From positions 13,683-77,682 of the forward strand of contig JAALKW010000002.1 in NCBI GenBank assembly GCA_011087865.1: 64,000 nt of DNA. Reading direction: 5' to 3'. The position numbers and the translations under genes were made by a program. Shown piece by piece: positions 50,288-59,580 of this stretch. Position 1 is the stretch's first letter, and each line of letters starts with the position of its first letter. The notes beneath the pieces are model-generated. The model did no database searches. It was not told the origin of the DNA and saw nothing but the letters and a program-made list of their open reading frames with translations. Source of the stretch: Legionellaceae bacterium. Its GTDB lineage: Bacteria; Pseudomonadota; Gammaproteobacteria; Legionellales; Legionellaceae.

Positions 50288-51514
50288 ATGAAAAAAAGGG
50301 TTGTGATCACAGGGATGGATATTGCCTCCTCAATTGGGAATGGACTTGAAAATTTTTGGGAAGCAGCCTCACATGGACAGTGTGGTATTGATACCATCCA
50401 ATCCTACGACCCTTCTGCTTATACCACACAAATTGCTGGTGAAATTACTGATTTATGTCTAGAACACCTGCCTCAATTTAACAAAAAGAAGCGCTTCCCG
50501 CGTGTCGCGCAATACGCACTTTATTGTACACATCATGCCCTTGAACGTGCGGGCTTAACGCCTGAAGAACGCCAACACGCCGGCACCTATATTGGCACCA
50601 GCCTCGGTGGCGGGCCCGAACTTGAGTCAGCCTATAAAACTTTTTATACCGAAAGCTGGCGTAAAATACCTGCACTCACTGTTGTTCGTGGTATGCCTAA
50701 TTCGGTTGCGAATCATGTCGGGATTGCTTTTGGCTTGGGCGGGCCCAACTCAACCACTTCAAACGCCTGTGTCTCTTCGGCTGAAGCCATTGGTAATGCC
50801 TATCAACAAATTTTAAATGATCGGGTCTCTGTCGCTGTTTGTGGCGGAACAGAGTCTTTGGTTTGGGAAACTATCATGGCGGCATGGTGCAAATTGCGCG
50901 TCATGTCAACGCAAAATGAAACGCCTAAAACCGCGAGTCGCCCCTTTGATAAAAATCGTACCGGTATGGTCATGGCAGATGGTGCTGGCATTTTAATTCT
51001 TGAAGAACTCGAACATGCCAAAGCCCGTGGCGCAAAAATTTATGCCGAAATCATTGGCTTCGGCGCAAGTTGTGATGCCTCTCATATTACAGCCCCAACA
51101 GCGCAAGGCCAAGCGCGCGCAATTCAAACCGCGCTAAACGACGCACGTTTATCCCCTGGTGATATTCAGTATATCAATGCACATGGAACAGGCACTATTT
51201 TAAATGATGTGACCGAAACGGAAACCATTAAAAATGTATTTGGTCAGCATGCTTTTGATATTCCTATTACAGCCCAAAAAGCAATGACTGGACACGCCAT
51301 TGGTGCTGCCGGCGTCATGGAAATCATCGCAACGGTTTTAAGCATGCAACATGAGCGTCTACTACCGACCATTAATTTGGACACCCCTGATCCTGCATGT
51401 GATTTAAATTACATTCCAAATACAGCACAAGATAAACGCATTGACTTAGCGCTTTCAAATCATTTTGCATTTGGTGGAGCAAACGCAGCGCTTATTCTTC
51501 GCCGATTTGCTTAG
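50288..51514 (+). CDS. Beta-ketoacyl-ACP synthase (KAS II-like), outside a fab cluster
   Basis: 408 aa. Active-site SNACVSSAEAIG, HITAP, NAHGTGT, NHFAFGGANAAL. Confidence 0.85.
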   Translation: MKKRVVITGMDIASSIGNGLENFWEAASHGQCGIDTIQSYDPSAYTTQIAGEITDLCLEHLPQFNKKKRFPRVAQYALYCTHHALERAGLTPEERQHAGTYIGTSLGGGPELESAYKTFYTESWRKIPALTVVRGMPNSVANHVGIAFGLGGPNSTTSNACVSSAEAIGNAYQQILNDRVSVAVCGGTESLVWETIMAAWCKLRVMSTQNETPKTASRPFDKNRTGMVMADGAGILILEELEHAKARGAKIYAEIIGFGASCDASHITAPTAQGQARAIQTALNDARLSPGDIQYINAHGTGTILNDVTETETIKNVFGQHAFDIPITAQKAMTGHAIGAAGVMEIIATVLSMQHERLLPTINLDTPDPACDLNYIPNTAQDKRIDLALSNHFAFGGANAALILRRFA

Positions 51515-52887
51515 CCACATCCATACCCCACCGCTAAGTCTTGATATAAGCTTACAATGGTCATGAGTTGATCCAGCTTACGCTGGTTCACGCGCACTTT
51601 AATACGATCAAACTTAATTTTTTCATCTAAAAGCCCTAAGTAACTAATAATCCCTTCGTGATATAAGGCATCATTAAGCTGATAGGCTTTATTTAAATTA
51701 TTTTTAGCATGCTCTGTTTTATCCAAACGCTCCGTATAATATGCATGAGCAGATAAGCCATTATCAACATCTCGTAAGACTTTACGTAAAGTATCTAAGT
51801 ATTTGTAATACGCTGCTTTTCCTAACCCTTTTGTTTTATCCCATTCACCAAAATTAGATAATGGCATAATCGTTGACTGTGACAAAGCCTGATTAAAGTA
51901 CACTGGCAAGCCAAGCTTCGTCCCATAAGGCACCGTACCTATATCACCTCGTGCGGCACTCAATTGCATCGTGGGTAAAAAATTTCCAAAAGCGGCTCCA
52001 ATACCTGCATTGGCTGCCGTCAGTTCATTGGCTGCTTGTTGCATATCGGGGCGATTCTGAACAACAGCTAACGGTAAACCACCAATAATCATTTGGTGGC
52101 TATTTAACTGACTGAATTGACGAGGAAAAGCAAAGTTATCTGGATTTTCATTCAATAAAACACGTATCATATTTTGACTGACGACTTTCTGTTGTTTCAC
52201 AACGTCCTCTTCTGCCTGAATCAAAGCAAGCTTACTTTTAGCCTGTTCAACGGGAATGTCAGATGATAATCCATTTTTATACATGGCCTGATAAATATTT
52301 AATGTTTGATTAATATCTCGCTCTACTGTTTGAAGTAATTTTAATCGCTCAACTTCCGCTTGATAACTAAAGTAACTTCCTGATATTTGTGCGATAACTG
52401 CAAGTTTAATCGTATCTCGCATGTTTTGTGTGATTTTCAGTTCATACTTTGCTCTTTTTTGTTCTTTAATTTGTTTAAAAATATTCATGGTATAAGTGGG
52501 CAACAGCACCGCTATCACGCCGGGATATCCCAAATAAGGAAAGGAGGTATAGCCTAATAAGCTATCTAGATTAGGAGCCCAATTCCATTGAACACGCTTT
52601 AATTCACCTTGCGCCGCTTCAATATTTGCCACAGCTATATGTATATCATTGTTATGCGCCAATCCTTTTGCAATTAAATCATTCAACACAGGATCGTTAA
52701 ACTGCCGCCACCATGGTAGGCAAACTGTATCAGCATGCGTTGTATCTAATTGCTGATTGTCAGCATGCCATTTAAGCGGCAACGTTGCTTGAGGCTTCGG
52801 CACATACTTAGGATCAAACGTACAAGATGTCAGGATAGGGCTTAATATAAGAACCCCGATTAAACAAATCTTTTTTAAGCGTTGCAA
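51511..52887 (-). CDS. Outer-membrane efflux lipoprotein (NodT/TolC family)
   Basis: 458 aa. Lipobox ILTSC. Two OEP-type repeats. Downstream of the MFP and FUSC genes. Confidence 0.8.
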   Translation of the reverse strand: MQRLKKICLIGVLILSPILTSCTFDPKYVPKPQATLPLKWHADNQQLDTTHADTVCLPWWRQFNDPVLNDLIAKGLAHNNDIHIAVANIEAAQGELKRVQWNWAPNLDSLLGYTSFPYLGYPGVIAVLLPTYTMNIFKQIKEQKRAKYELKITQNMRDTIKLAVIAQISGSYFSYQAEVERLKLLQTVERDINQTLNIYQAMYKNGLSSDIPVEQAKSKLALIQAEEDVVKQQKVVSQNMIRVLLNENPDNFAFPRQFSQLNSHQMIIGGLPLAVVQNRPDMQQAANELTAANAGIGAAFGNFLPTMQLSAARGDIGTVPYGTKLGLPVYFNQALSQSTIMPLSNFGEWDKTKGLGKAAYYKYLDTLRKVLRDVDNGLSAHAYYTERLDKTEHAKNNLNKAYQLNDALYHEGIISYLGLLDEKIKFDRIKVRVNQRKLDQLMTIVSLYQDLAVGYGCG

Positions 52888-52888
52888 C

Positions 52889-53728
52889 TCAATCCCCCTG
52901 AAATTGACGGCCCTGACTCATCAGCTCTAGCTGCTGAAGCAGTGCTTTTGTTTCTAACAGCAAAATATCTGTGTCTGGACGCCCTAATACAAAATATGTC
53001 TGTATATTTTGATATATTTTTAAAGTGGTTTGATTAAAAACCGAGAGCTCATTAAACACTGTAGCTTTCAAATGATAGTCATGCTTTGCTGTACTTAAAA
53101 AAGCATGTAACGCTAAAACGTGCGTATTAAATGCTGCACTTAATTTTAAATAATCACTACGACGTACAGGTGCGCTTAAAACCACATCTAGCAACGCCTG
53201 TAACTCTGAAACTAACTTTTGCTGTAAATTAAAATAAAATTGATGTGTCAAATTATTTTTTTTAAAAATAAAATATTCAAAAAAAACACAAATACTTAAC
53301 GCAATCACCGTTGATTTCGCATAATCAAAGAAAAATTGATCTATCGCGTATAAATCACTTTGATAATAATCACTGCCTAATGCCGTTAGCGTCACAGTAA
53401 AAATGGTCGGTGAGACATAATATTTACTCAAGGTAAAATAAGCCATAAAGACCATAGCAGGTACGACCATTAAAATAAGATCGTCGTCAATGCGAATGAA
53501 AAAAAAGAGAATGTAAGATAAAAACAAACCAAACATCGCGCCCCAAAAGCGATGAATCGTTCGATGAACACTCGTACCCGCATCAAAACCTGCATAAATC
53601 ATCATGACGGCAAAGCCAATCCAACCCGCATGTGAAAAGTTTAATATTTTTTGTAATAATAGCGCCGAAATAAAAACCGCACTAATTTGTAATGCACGCG
53701 TTGTCCGGTAATCTATTGCCTCATGCAT
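52889..53728 (-). CDS. FUSC/AaeB-like efflux membrane protein, C-terminal-half homolog
   Basis: About 279 aa, polytopic N-part plus helical C-part. Its ATG overlaps the upstream ORF end by 16 nt in another frame. Confidence 0.6.
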   Translation of the reverse strand: MHEAIDYRTTRALQISAVFISALLLQKILNFSHAGWIGFAVMMIYAGFDAGTSVHRTIHRFWGAMFGLFLSYILFFFIRIDDDLILMVVPAMVFMAYFTLSKYYVSPTIFTVTLTALGSDYYQSDLYAIDQFFFDYAKSTVIALSICVFFEYFIFKKNNLTHQFYFNLQQKLVSELQALLDVVLSAPVRRSDYLKLSAAFNTHVLALHAFLSTAKHDYHLKATVFNELSVFNQTTLKIYQNIQTYFVLGRPDTDILLLETKALLQQLELMSQGRQFQGD

Positions 53729-54663
53729 ATCAGATTCCAAGATTGTATTAATTGTATGAAGTTTTTATCTTGTGTGAAAATCAGCTCACAGGTGCTTTCT
53801 TGCTCTATTGCTTGTATCAATAATTTTGTATTTTCTATCAATAAAGCAAGCGATTCTTTATCTAGCTTGGCCAATACGCTCTGACTCACCTCACTTTGGT
53901 TTTTTAGCCCATGCATGAGTAAATTAATTTTTAAAATAGAATAACAAGGTAAATAACGGGGTAACATATTTGAAAAATCAAGCATTTGCTTAATATCTTC
54001 CTCAAATAATGAAACAGTCACCACCTGATTTTGATGAATCAGTAACAAACGATTTAACCATGCTTGAACGGCAAGACGAAAAGCCCGCAACCATAAACGA
54101 TAATAATAACTCAGGGGAAATAAAAGTAATGCCGCAATAATAACCAGCATCGCCATTACCGTTGTAAATACATTCTCTAGCAGCATTTTAAAATTAGCAT
54201 TCAGGGTCGGATACAATAATGAGTAGGCTGCAAGACTTAAAATAATCGGCACCAAAGGCAACATGATATCTACGCGATGCAATGCAATCAGGTATAAACT
54301 CACGGTTGCCACAAACATCGCTACCAAAAAAAATAATGGATAAGGCCTTAACATATTAAATAACATGACCATGAGGCATGCGCCCATCATGGTATATATA
54401 AAAGCTTTGTACTTATCTTGTAAGCGCGGCATCATGACTTCGGCGGTCATCGCAGTTATCGGTAAATAAAAAAAATAAAAATACGGATTGGGTATATGAA
54501 ATAACAAATTACAGCCGGCCAATACAAAAAAAACATAGACGACTTTGATGCCATTTAGCCGATGTATCCCATATGGATCATACGCTTCGGCGGTGTGAAT
54601 GAGCTTTGATATAAACATAAGCACTGGCACCTGGCTGCAAAGGATGGTTGGGATCAGGATCAA
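53713..54663 (-). CDS. FUSC/AaeB-like efflux membrane protein, N-terminal-half homolog
   Basis: Up to 316 aa, polytopic. The start is uncertain (54663 or 54618) and overlaps the MFP gene end. Confidence 0.55.
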   Translation of the reverse strand: MILIPTILCSQVPVLMFISKLIHTAEAYDPYGIHRLNGIKVVYVFFVLAGCNLLFHIPNPYFYFFYLPITAMTAEVMMPRLQDKYKAFIYTMMGACLMVMLFNMLRPYPLFFLVAMFVATVSLYLIALHRVDIMLPLVPIILSLAAYSLLYPTLNANFKMLLENVFTTVMAMLVIIAALLLFPLSYYYRLWLRAFRLAVQAWLNRLLLIHQNQVVTVSLFEEDIKQMLDFSNMLPRYLPCYSILKINLLMHGLKNQSEVSQSVLAKLDKESLALLIENTKLLIQAIEQESTCELIFTQDKNFIQLIQSWNLICMRQ

Positions 54664-55597
54664 GAATTTGAATTTGTAAAGGCAAACGCTGTGGAATTAA
54701 TAACCATTCATTCTCATTGGCTACTTTTTGCTGCTGTGTTCTAATCACCGTATTTTGTCTATCTGCAGCCCAAATTGTATTGACAACGCGACCATGAAAT
54801 ATTTTTGTAAAATAATACATGCGAAGCAAAATAATCGCCTCATCATCAGGACGAATACGCCGCAAGTCCGTCTCATTAAAATTCGCTTGTACCCACCAGT
54901 TTGATGTATCAATAAAAGAAAATAACGGTTTATGAATTTTAACCGGTGTGCCTTTTGAGATATACATATTATCAACAGTGCCATCGGTTGGTGCACGAAC
55001 TATCGTTAAATTCAAATTAACAGCCGCATTATCCATCTCTGCTTTTAAAGCGCTTACTTTTTTTTGCTGTTCTAGCACCTGCCTATCTTCTATTTTAATT
55101 TGTTTCGCTAACGCATCTTTTTTCTTTTCCATGGCTTGTAAATTATATTTTAATACACGTATTTCAAGTACCGGCACGGCTTGACTGACACTTGGATTAT
55201 TTTTTAATCTGAATTTAAGCTTTGCTTTTTCATAATCGAATACTGCAGCATGAAATAAATCGCGTGTTTTATTGGTTTTTTGCTCAATTACTTTCACCTG
55301 CTCAATCGCTTGTTCATATCGTGCTTTTGCAGTTAAAAGCGCTAAACGATAAGGTTCTTGATAGACTTTAACCAAAGGATCATCCTGCTTAACTGGCTGA
55401 CCGTTTTTTACATAAATATCTGTAATATAACCTGAAACATCTGCTGCAATCGGTGTGACATTGGTTGCAACGAAAGCATTATTTGTAAACGGTATCATGT
55501 ACGAAAAAATATGATAAATAATCAATAGCAACGCAATACCAATCACGACCACGGGCAAGTTAATCTCGTTTTTTGATACTTTGAGTATTTTTAGCAT
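54578..55597 (-). CDS. HlyD/AaeA-type membrane fusion protein
   Basis: 339 aa. N-terminal TM, coiled-coil segment, barrel-sandwich motifs (VSGYITDIYVKNGQPVKQDDPL). Confidence 0.8.
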   Translation of the reverse strand: MLKILKVSKNEINLPVVVIGIALLLIIYHIFSYMIPFTNNAFVATNVTPIAADVSGYITDIYVKNGQPVKQDDPLVKVYQEPYRLALLTAKARYEQAIEQVKVIEQKTNKTRDLFHAAVFDYEKAKLKFRLKNNPSVSQAVPVLEIRVLKYNLQAMEKKKDALAKQIKIEDRQVLEQQKKVSALKAEMDNAAVNLNLTIVRAPTDGTVDNMYISKGTPVKIHKPLFSFIDTSNWWVQANFNETDLRRIRPDDEAIILLRMYYFTKIFHGRVVNTIWAADRQNTVIRTQQQKVANENEWLLIPQRLPLQIQILDPDPNHPLQPGASAYVYIKAHSHRRSV

Positions 55598-55722
55598 CCA
55601 AGCTTATTTATATTTTAGATATTACTATCTAAATTTATAACAAATCAAACAGCGAGAAGCCAGTATAAACGCATTTTATTCTGTCGAAATTACACCTCCG
55701 TTACGATATACTAACGACAAAT

Positions 55723-55758
55723 TTCTAAATCTAATTCTAAATCTAATCCTAAATTCAA
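55723..55758 (+). repeat. Tandem 12-mer repeat (ttctaaatctaa x2 plus degenerate tcctaaattcaa)
   Basis: Read directly from the sequence. It ends 11 nt upstream of the lpxD ATG. Confidence 0.85.
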
Positions 55759-55769
55759 GGAATTTTTCT

Positions 55770-56843
55770 ATGCATGCCTCGCTACATGAAATCGCAGCCA
55801 TCGTAAAGGGTACAGTCATTGGTGACAACACCGTGACAATTGATGCTTTATCTCCTATTGATGAAATCAAAGCAGGATCACTTATTTTTGCTGATGGCAC
55901 AGACCATTTAAAACAAGCCGAACTCTCAGATGCCGCGGCTGTTCTTGTTGCAAAGCACGTGTCTGAACTCAATAAGCCTTTGATTCAAGTTGAAAATCCA
56001 TTCAAAGCATTTATTGTATTACTCAAGCATTTCTACCCAACCCCAAAACCCGCACCAGGCATTCATCCAACAGCCATCATTGCACCTGATGCCATCATAG
56101 GTGAACATGTCTCGATTGGCCCTTATGTCATCGTAGAGGCTGAAAGTCATATCGGTGATCATTGCGTTATTAAAAGCCATGTCCATATCGGTAATTATGT
56201 CAAAATAGCGGCGCATTCAACCATTCATTCGCACGTTACAATTTATGACTACTCTGACATTGGCGAACAGGTCACGATTCATGCCTCATCTGTTATTGGA
56301 TCTGATGGCTTTGGATACACGGCTGAAAATGGTCAACATATTAAAATTCCTCATGTTGGACGTGTTGTCATTGAAAATGATGTTGAAATTGGGGCCAGTA
56401 CGATTATTGACCGTGCAACGATTGGTGAAACCATTATTGGAAAAGGCACAAAAATAGATAACCTCGTGCAAGTTGCACACTCGGTTAAATTGGGCCAACA
56501 TAATATTTTATGCGCCTTCACAGGCGTTGCAGGCAGCACCCAAAGTGGTAACCATGTTATTTTTGCAGCCGGCGTTGGCGTGACTGACCATGTTCGCACC
56601 GATGATTAAGTGCTTTTAGGTGACCGTGCTGGTGTCCCCCCTAAAAAACATCTGAAAAAAGGCCTGATTTACTTAGGCACCCCAGCTCGTCCGCGTGAAA
56701 AAGCCATTGAGCACGAAATGTCGACCACACGTATTCCGCTCATGCGCAAGCAACTCAAAAAACTCAGTGAACAAGTTAATTTACTCAAAGAAAAACATTC
56801 CGAACTTAAACCTGCTCCTGAAGCCATTGATACAGAGAGATAA
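55770..56843 (+). pseudogene. lpxD: UDP-3-O-acylglucosamine N-acyltransferase interrupted by one in-frame TAA (56607-56609)
   Basis: Hexapeptide-repeat protein. The junction reads [31 protein letters not shown], with the second track ORF starting on the very next codon in the same frame. Confidence 0.85.
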
Positions 56844-56847
56844 GCCT

Positions 56848-59580
56848 GTGGAAAAAACACCTTTTGTACTCGTTGATGGGTCTTCCTATTTTTTTCGTGC
56901 CTTTCATGCCTTACCCCCTTTAACCAACAGCGAAGGCCAGCCTACAGGCGCTGTTTATGGGGTTGTCAACATGATTCGACGTTTATTAAAAGATGTTGCG
57001 CCAACACAGTTTGCCATTATCTTTGATGCCCCAGGTAAAACATTTAGGCACACTTTATATCCCGAATATAAAGCAAACCGTCCTCCCATGCCAGATGATT
57101 TAAGACGCCAATTTAAGCCTCTAATCAATATTTTAAAAGCCCTTGGTTTTCCCTTGTTAATCATTGAAGGCGTTGAAGCAGATGACGTCATTGGCACACT
57201 CGCTTCACGTGCCTCAGCTGAATCTCTACCTGTGTTAATATCAACAGGCGATAAAGACATGGCACAACTAGTAAATCAGCATGTCACACTGATTAATACC
57301 ATGAGCCGACAAGTCTTAGACCCTGAGGGGGTTTTAACTAAGTTTGGCGTAAGACCTGACCAAATCATTGATTATTTGGCCCTTGTAGGAGACACAAGCG
57401 ATAATGTTCCAGGTGTGCCGCAGTGTGGCCCAAAAACAGCTGTCAAATGGCTGACTGCACATCATACTCTCGATAATCTAATCACACATGCTGACACCAT
57501 CGGGGGAAAAATAGGTGAGCGCCTTCGAGAAAGTCTCCCCATGCTTCCGCTCTCTAAAGAACTGGTGACCATCAAAACAGATGTGGCATTACCGCATACG
57601 CTAGACGACTTAAGACCAAGCCCTCCCAATCGTGAAATATTACTTTCACTGGCCCGTGAACTTGAGGTGAATGTCTGGCTAAAGGAATGGGGTAGTGCTG
57701 CTGCAAGTCAAACATCACCCAATGCACCAGCACTACCCACCGAGAAACAAATAAAAAATGCCGTCAGCAATCAATCCATTCCATTTGAAACCATCCAAAC
57801 CCAAGCCAAACTTGATGCTTGGGTGACACGTCTAGATACAGCATCTTATTGCTGTATTGATACAGAAACGACAAGCCTTGACCCACTAAATGCATCGCTC
57901 GTTGGTATAGCACTTGCTGTCGATACCAAACTCGCCGCATATATTCCACTGGCCCATACAAATACAGATGACAACCCTCAACTACCCCTTCAACATGTAC
58001 TCAAAACACTAAAACCCTATTTAGAAAGCCATACCTTGAAAAAAATAGGTCAAAACTTAAAATACGATTATGCTGTATTAAAACAATACCATGTGACACT
58101 CAATGCCATTTGCTTTGATACCATGCTTGAATCATACATCTTCAACAGCACAGCGGGCCGCCATAATTTCGATGCCTTAGCAAAGCGCTATTTAAATCAC
58201 GACACCATTCATTTTGAAGATGTCGTCGGAAAAGGCAAAAAAGCCATTGCCTTCAATCAAGTTCCTATTGAAAAAGCAGCGCCTTATGCCGCTGAAGATG
58301 CCCTCGTGACGTTTCAATTACACGAAGCCATTTACCCCAAACTCGATAAAGCCCCCCAAGCAGTCTTCAATCAAATTGAAATGCCTTTGGTGCCTATTTT
58401 AGCGGATATCGAACGTCATGGTGTACTCATCGATACAGAAGCGCTTGAAGCACATGGAAAACGACTTTGTGCCCGTATTGAAACACTCGCTGGAGAAGCC
58501 TATGCACTGGCCGGCAAAATTTTTAATTTAAATTCAACCAAACAACTCCAAGAGATTTTATTTGATCACTTAAAGCTACCTATTCTGTCAAAAACCCCTA
58601 AGGGTCAGCCTTCTACAGCAGAATCTGTGCTCAAAGAGCTGGCCTTTGATTATCCTCTGCCGGCCATTATCCTTGAGTATCGTAGTTTAACAAAACTTGT
58701 TTCAACCTATATAGAAGCACTCCCAAAACGGATTCATCAAAAAACAGGTCGCGTACATACCTCTTATAATCAAGCCGTTACCGCGACAGGTCGCCTTTCA
58801 TCCAGCGACCCAAACTTGCAAAACATTCCTATTCGTCATGAAGAAGGGCGCCTGATTCGGCAGGCCTTTATCGCACCCCAAGGCTCCGTCTTACTTGCTT
58901 CAGATTATTCACAAATTGAATTACGCATCATGGCGCACCTTTCTGGTGATGCAGGTTTAAAGCGCGCATTTGATAATCATTGGGATGTGCATGCTGCCAC
59001 CGCCAGTGAAATTTTCGCACAACCACTGGAAGACATTACACAGGAACAACGCCGCCGTGCTAAAGCCATTAATTTTGGTTTGATTTATGGCATGTCCTCT
59101 TTTGGACTCGCAAAGCAACTGGGTGTATCAAGAGAAGATGCCAAAGCCTATATCAAGCGCTATTTTGAGCGCTACCCAGGTGTACAAAATTATATGGAAA
59201 CAACGCGTGAGCAAGCGCATTCACAAGGCTATGTCGAAACATTATTTGGAAGGCGACTCTATTTACCTGACATTAATGCCGGTAATAAAATGCGCCAAAA
59301 AGCTGCTGAACGCACAGCGATTAACGCCCCCATGCAAGGCACGGCTGCTGATATTATCAAAAAAGCCATGATTTCAATTGCGAAATGGCAAGCCACTGAT
59401 GCTCGTCAGTCTGCTCGCGTTATCATGCAAGTACATGATGAGTTGGTGTTCGAAGTACAAGAGCACGCGATTAAAGCAGCTGAAACAGCCATTAAAACAC
59501 AAATGGAAGGCGCCGCAACACTTAATGTGCCTTTACTGGTTTCAATCGGTATCGGTAAAAATTGGGATGCGGCACATTAA
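56848..59580 (+). CDS. polA: DNA polymerase I
   Basis: GTG start at VEKTPFVLVDGSSYFFRAFHALPPL, which aligns with the E. coli PolA N-terminus. Has the 5'-nuclease domain, the 3'-5' exonuclease motif (DTETTSLD) and the polymerase motifs (DYSQIELR, QVHDELVFE). Confidence 0.94.
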   Translation: MEKTPFVLVDGSSYFFRAFHALPPLTNSEGQPTGAVYGVVNMIRRLLKDVAPTQFAIIFDAPGKTFRHTLYPEYKANRPPMPDDLRRQFKPLINILKALGFPLLIIEGVEADDVIGTLASRASAESLPVLISTGDKDMAQLVNQHVTLINTMSRQVLDPEGVLTKFGVRPDQIIDYLALVGDTSDNVPGVPQCGPKTAVKWLTAHHTLDNLITHADTIGGKIGERLRESLPMLPLSKELVTIKTDVALPHTLDDLRPSPPNREILLSLARELEVNVWLKEWGSAAASQTSPNAPALPTEKQIKNAVSNQSIPFETIQTQAKLDAWVTRLDTASYCCIDTETTSLDPLNASLVGIALAVDTKLAAYIPLAHTNTDDNPQLPLQHVLKTLKPYLESHTLKKIGQNLKYDYAVLKQYHVTLNAICFDTMLESYIFNSTAGRHNFDALAKRYLNHDTIHFEDVVGKGKKAIAFNQVPIEKAAPYAAEDALVTFQLHEAIYPKLDKAPQAVFNQIEMPLVPILADIERHGVLIDTEALEAHGKRLCARIETLAGEAYALAGKIFNLNSTKQLQEILFDHLKLPILSKTPKGQPSTAESVLKELAFDYPLPAIILEYRSLTKLVSTYIEALPKRIHQKTGRVHTSYNQAVTATGRLSSSDPNLQNIPIRHEEGRLIRQAFIAPQGSVLLASDYSQIELRIMAHLSGDAGLKRAFDNHWDVHAATASEIFAQPLEDITQEQRRRAKAINFGLIYGMSSFGLAKQLGVSREDAKAYIKRYFERYPGVQNYMETTREQAHSQGYVETLFGRRLYLPDINAGNKMRQKAAERTAINAPMQGTAADIIKKAMISIAKWQATDARQSARVIMQVHDELVFEVQEHAIKAAETAIKTQMEGAATLNVPLLVSIGIGKNWDAAH

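Noticed and set aside
55723-55758. CRISPR-like array
   Set aside because: The 12-mers are directly tandem with no spacers. No cas genes are present, and no other repeat-spacer structure occurs in the window.
9937-56843. Stop-codon reassignment (an alternative genetic code) as the explanation for the five in-frame stops
   Set aside because: TAA, TAG and TGA each terminate neighbouring conserved genes at the expected positions. Examples are aspC-like (TAA), the ProQ-like gene (TAG) and gcvPA (TGA). All three stop codons are involved in the interruptions, so a code change is very unlikely.
56695-56847. The 961-aa polA ORF starting at 56695
   Set aside because: The first 51 codons overlap the lpxD C-terminus in another frame and have no PolA homology. 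The conserved PolA N-terminus begins at GTG 56848.
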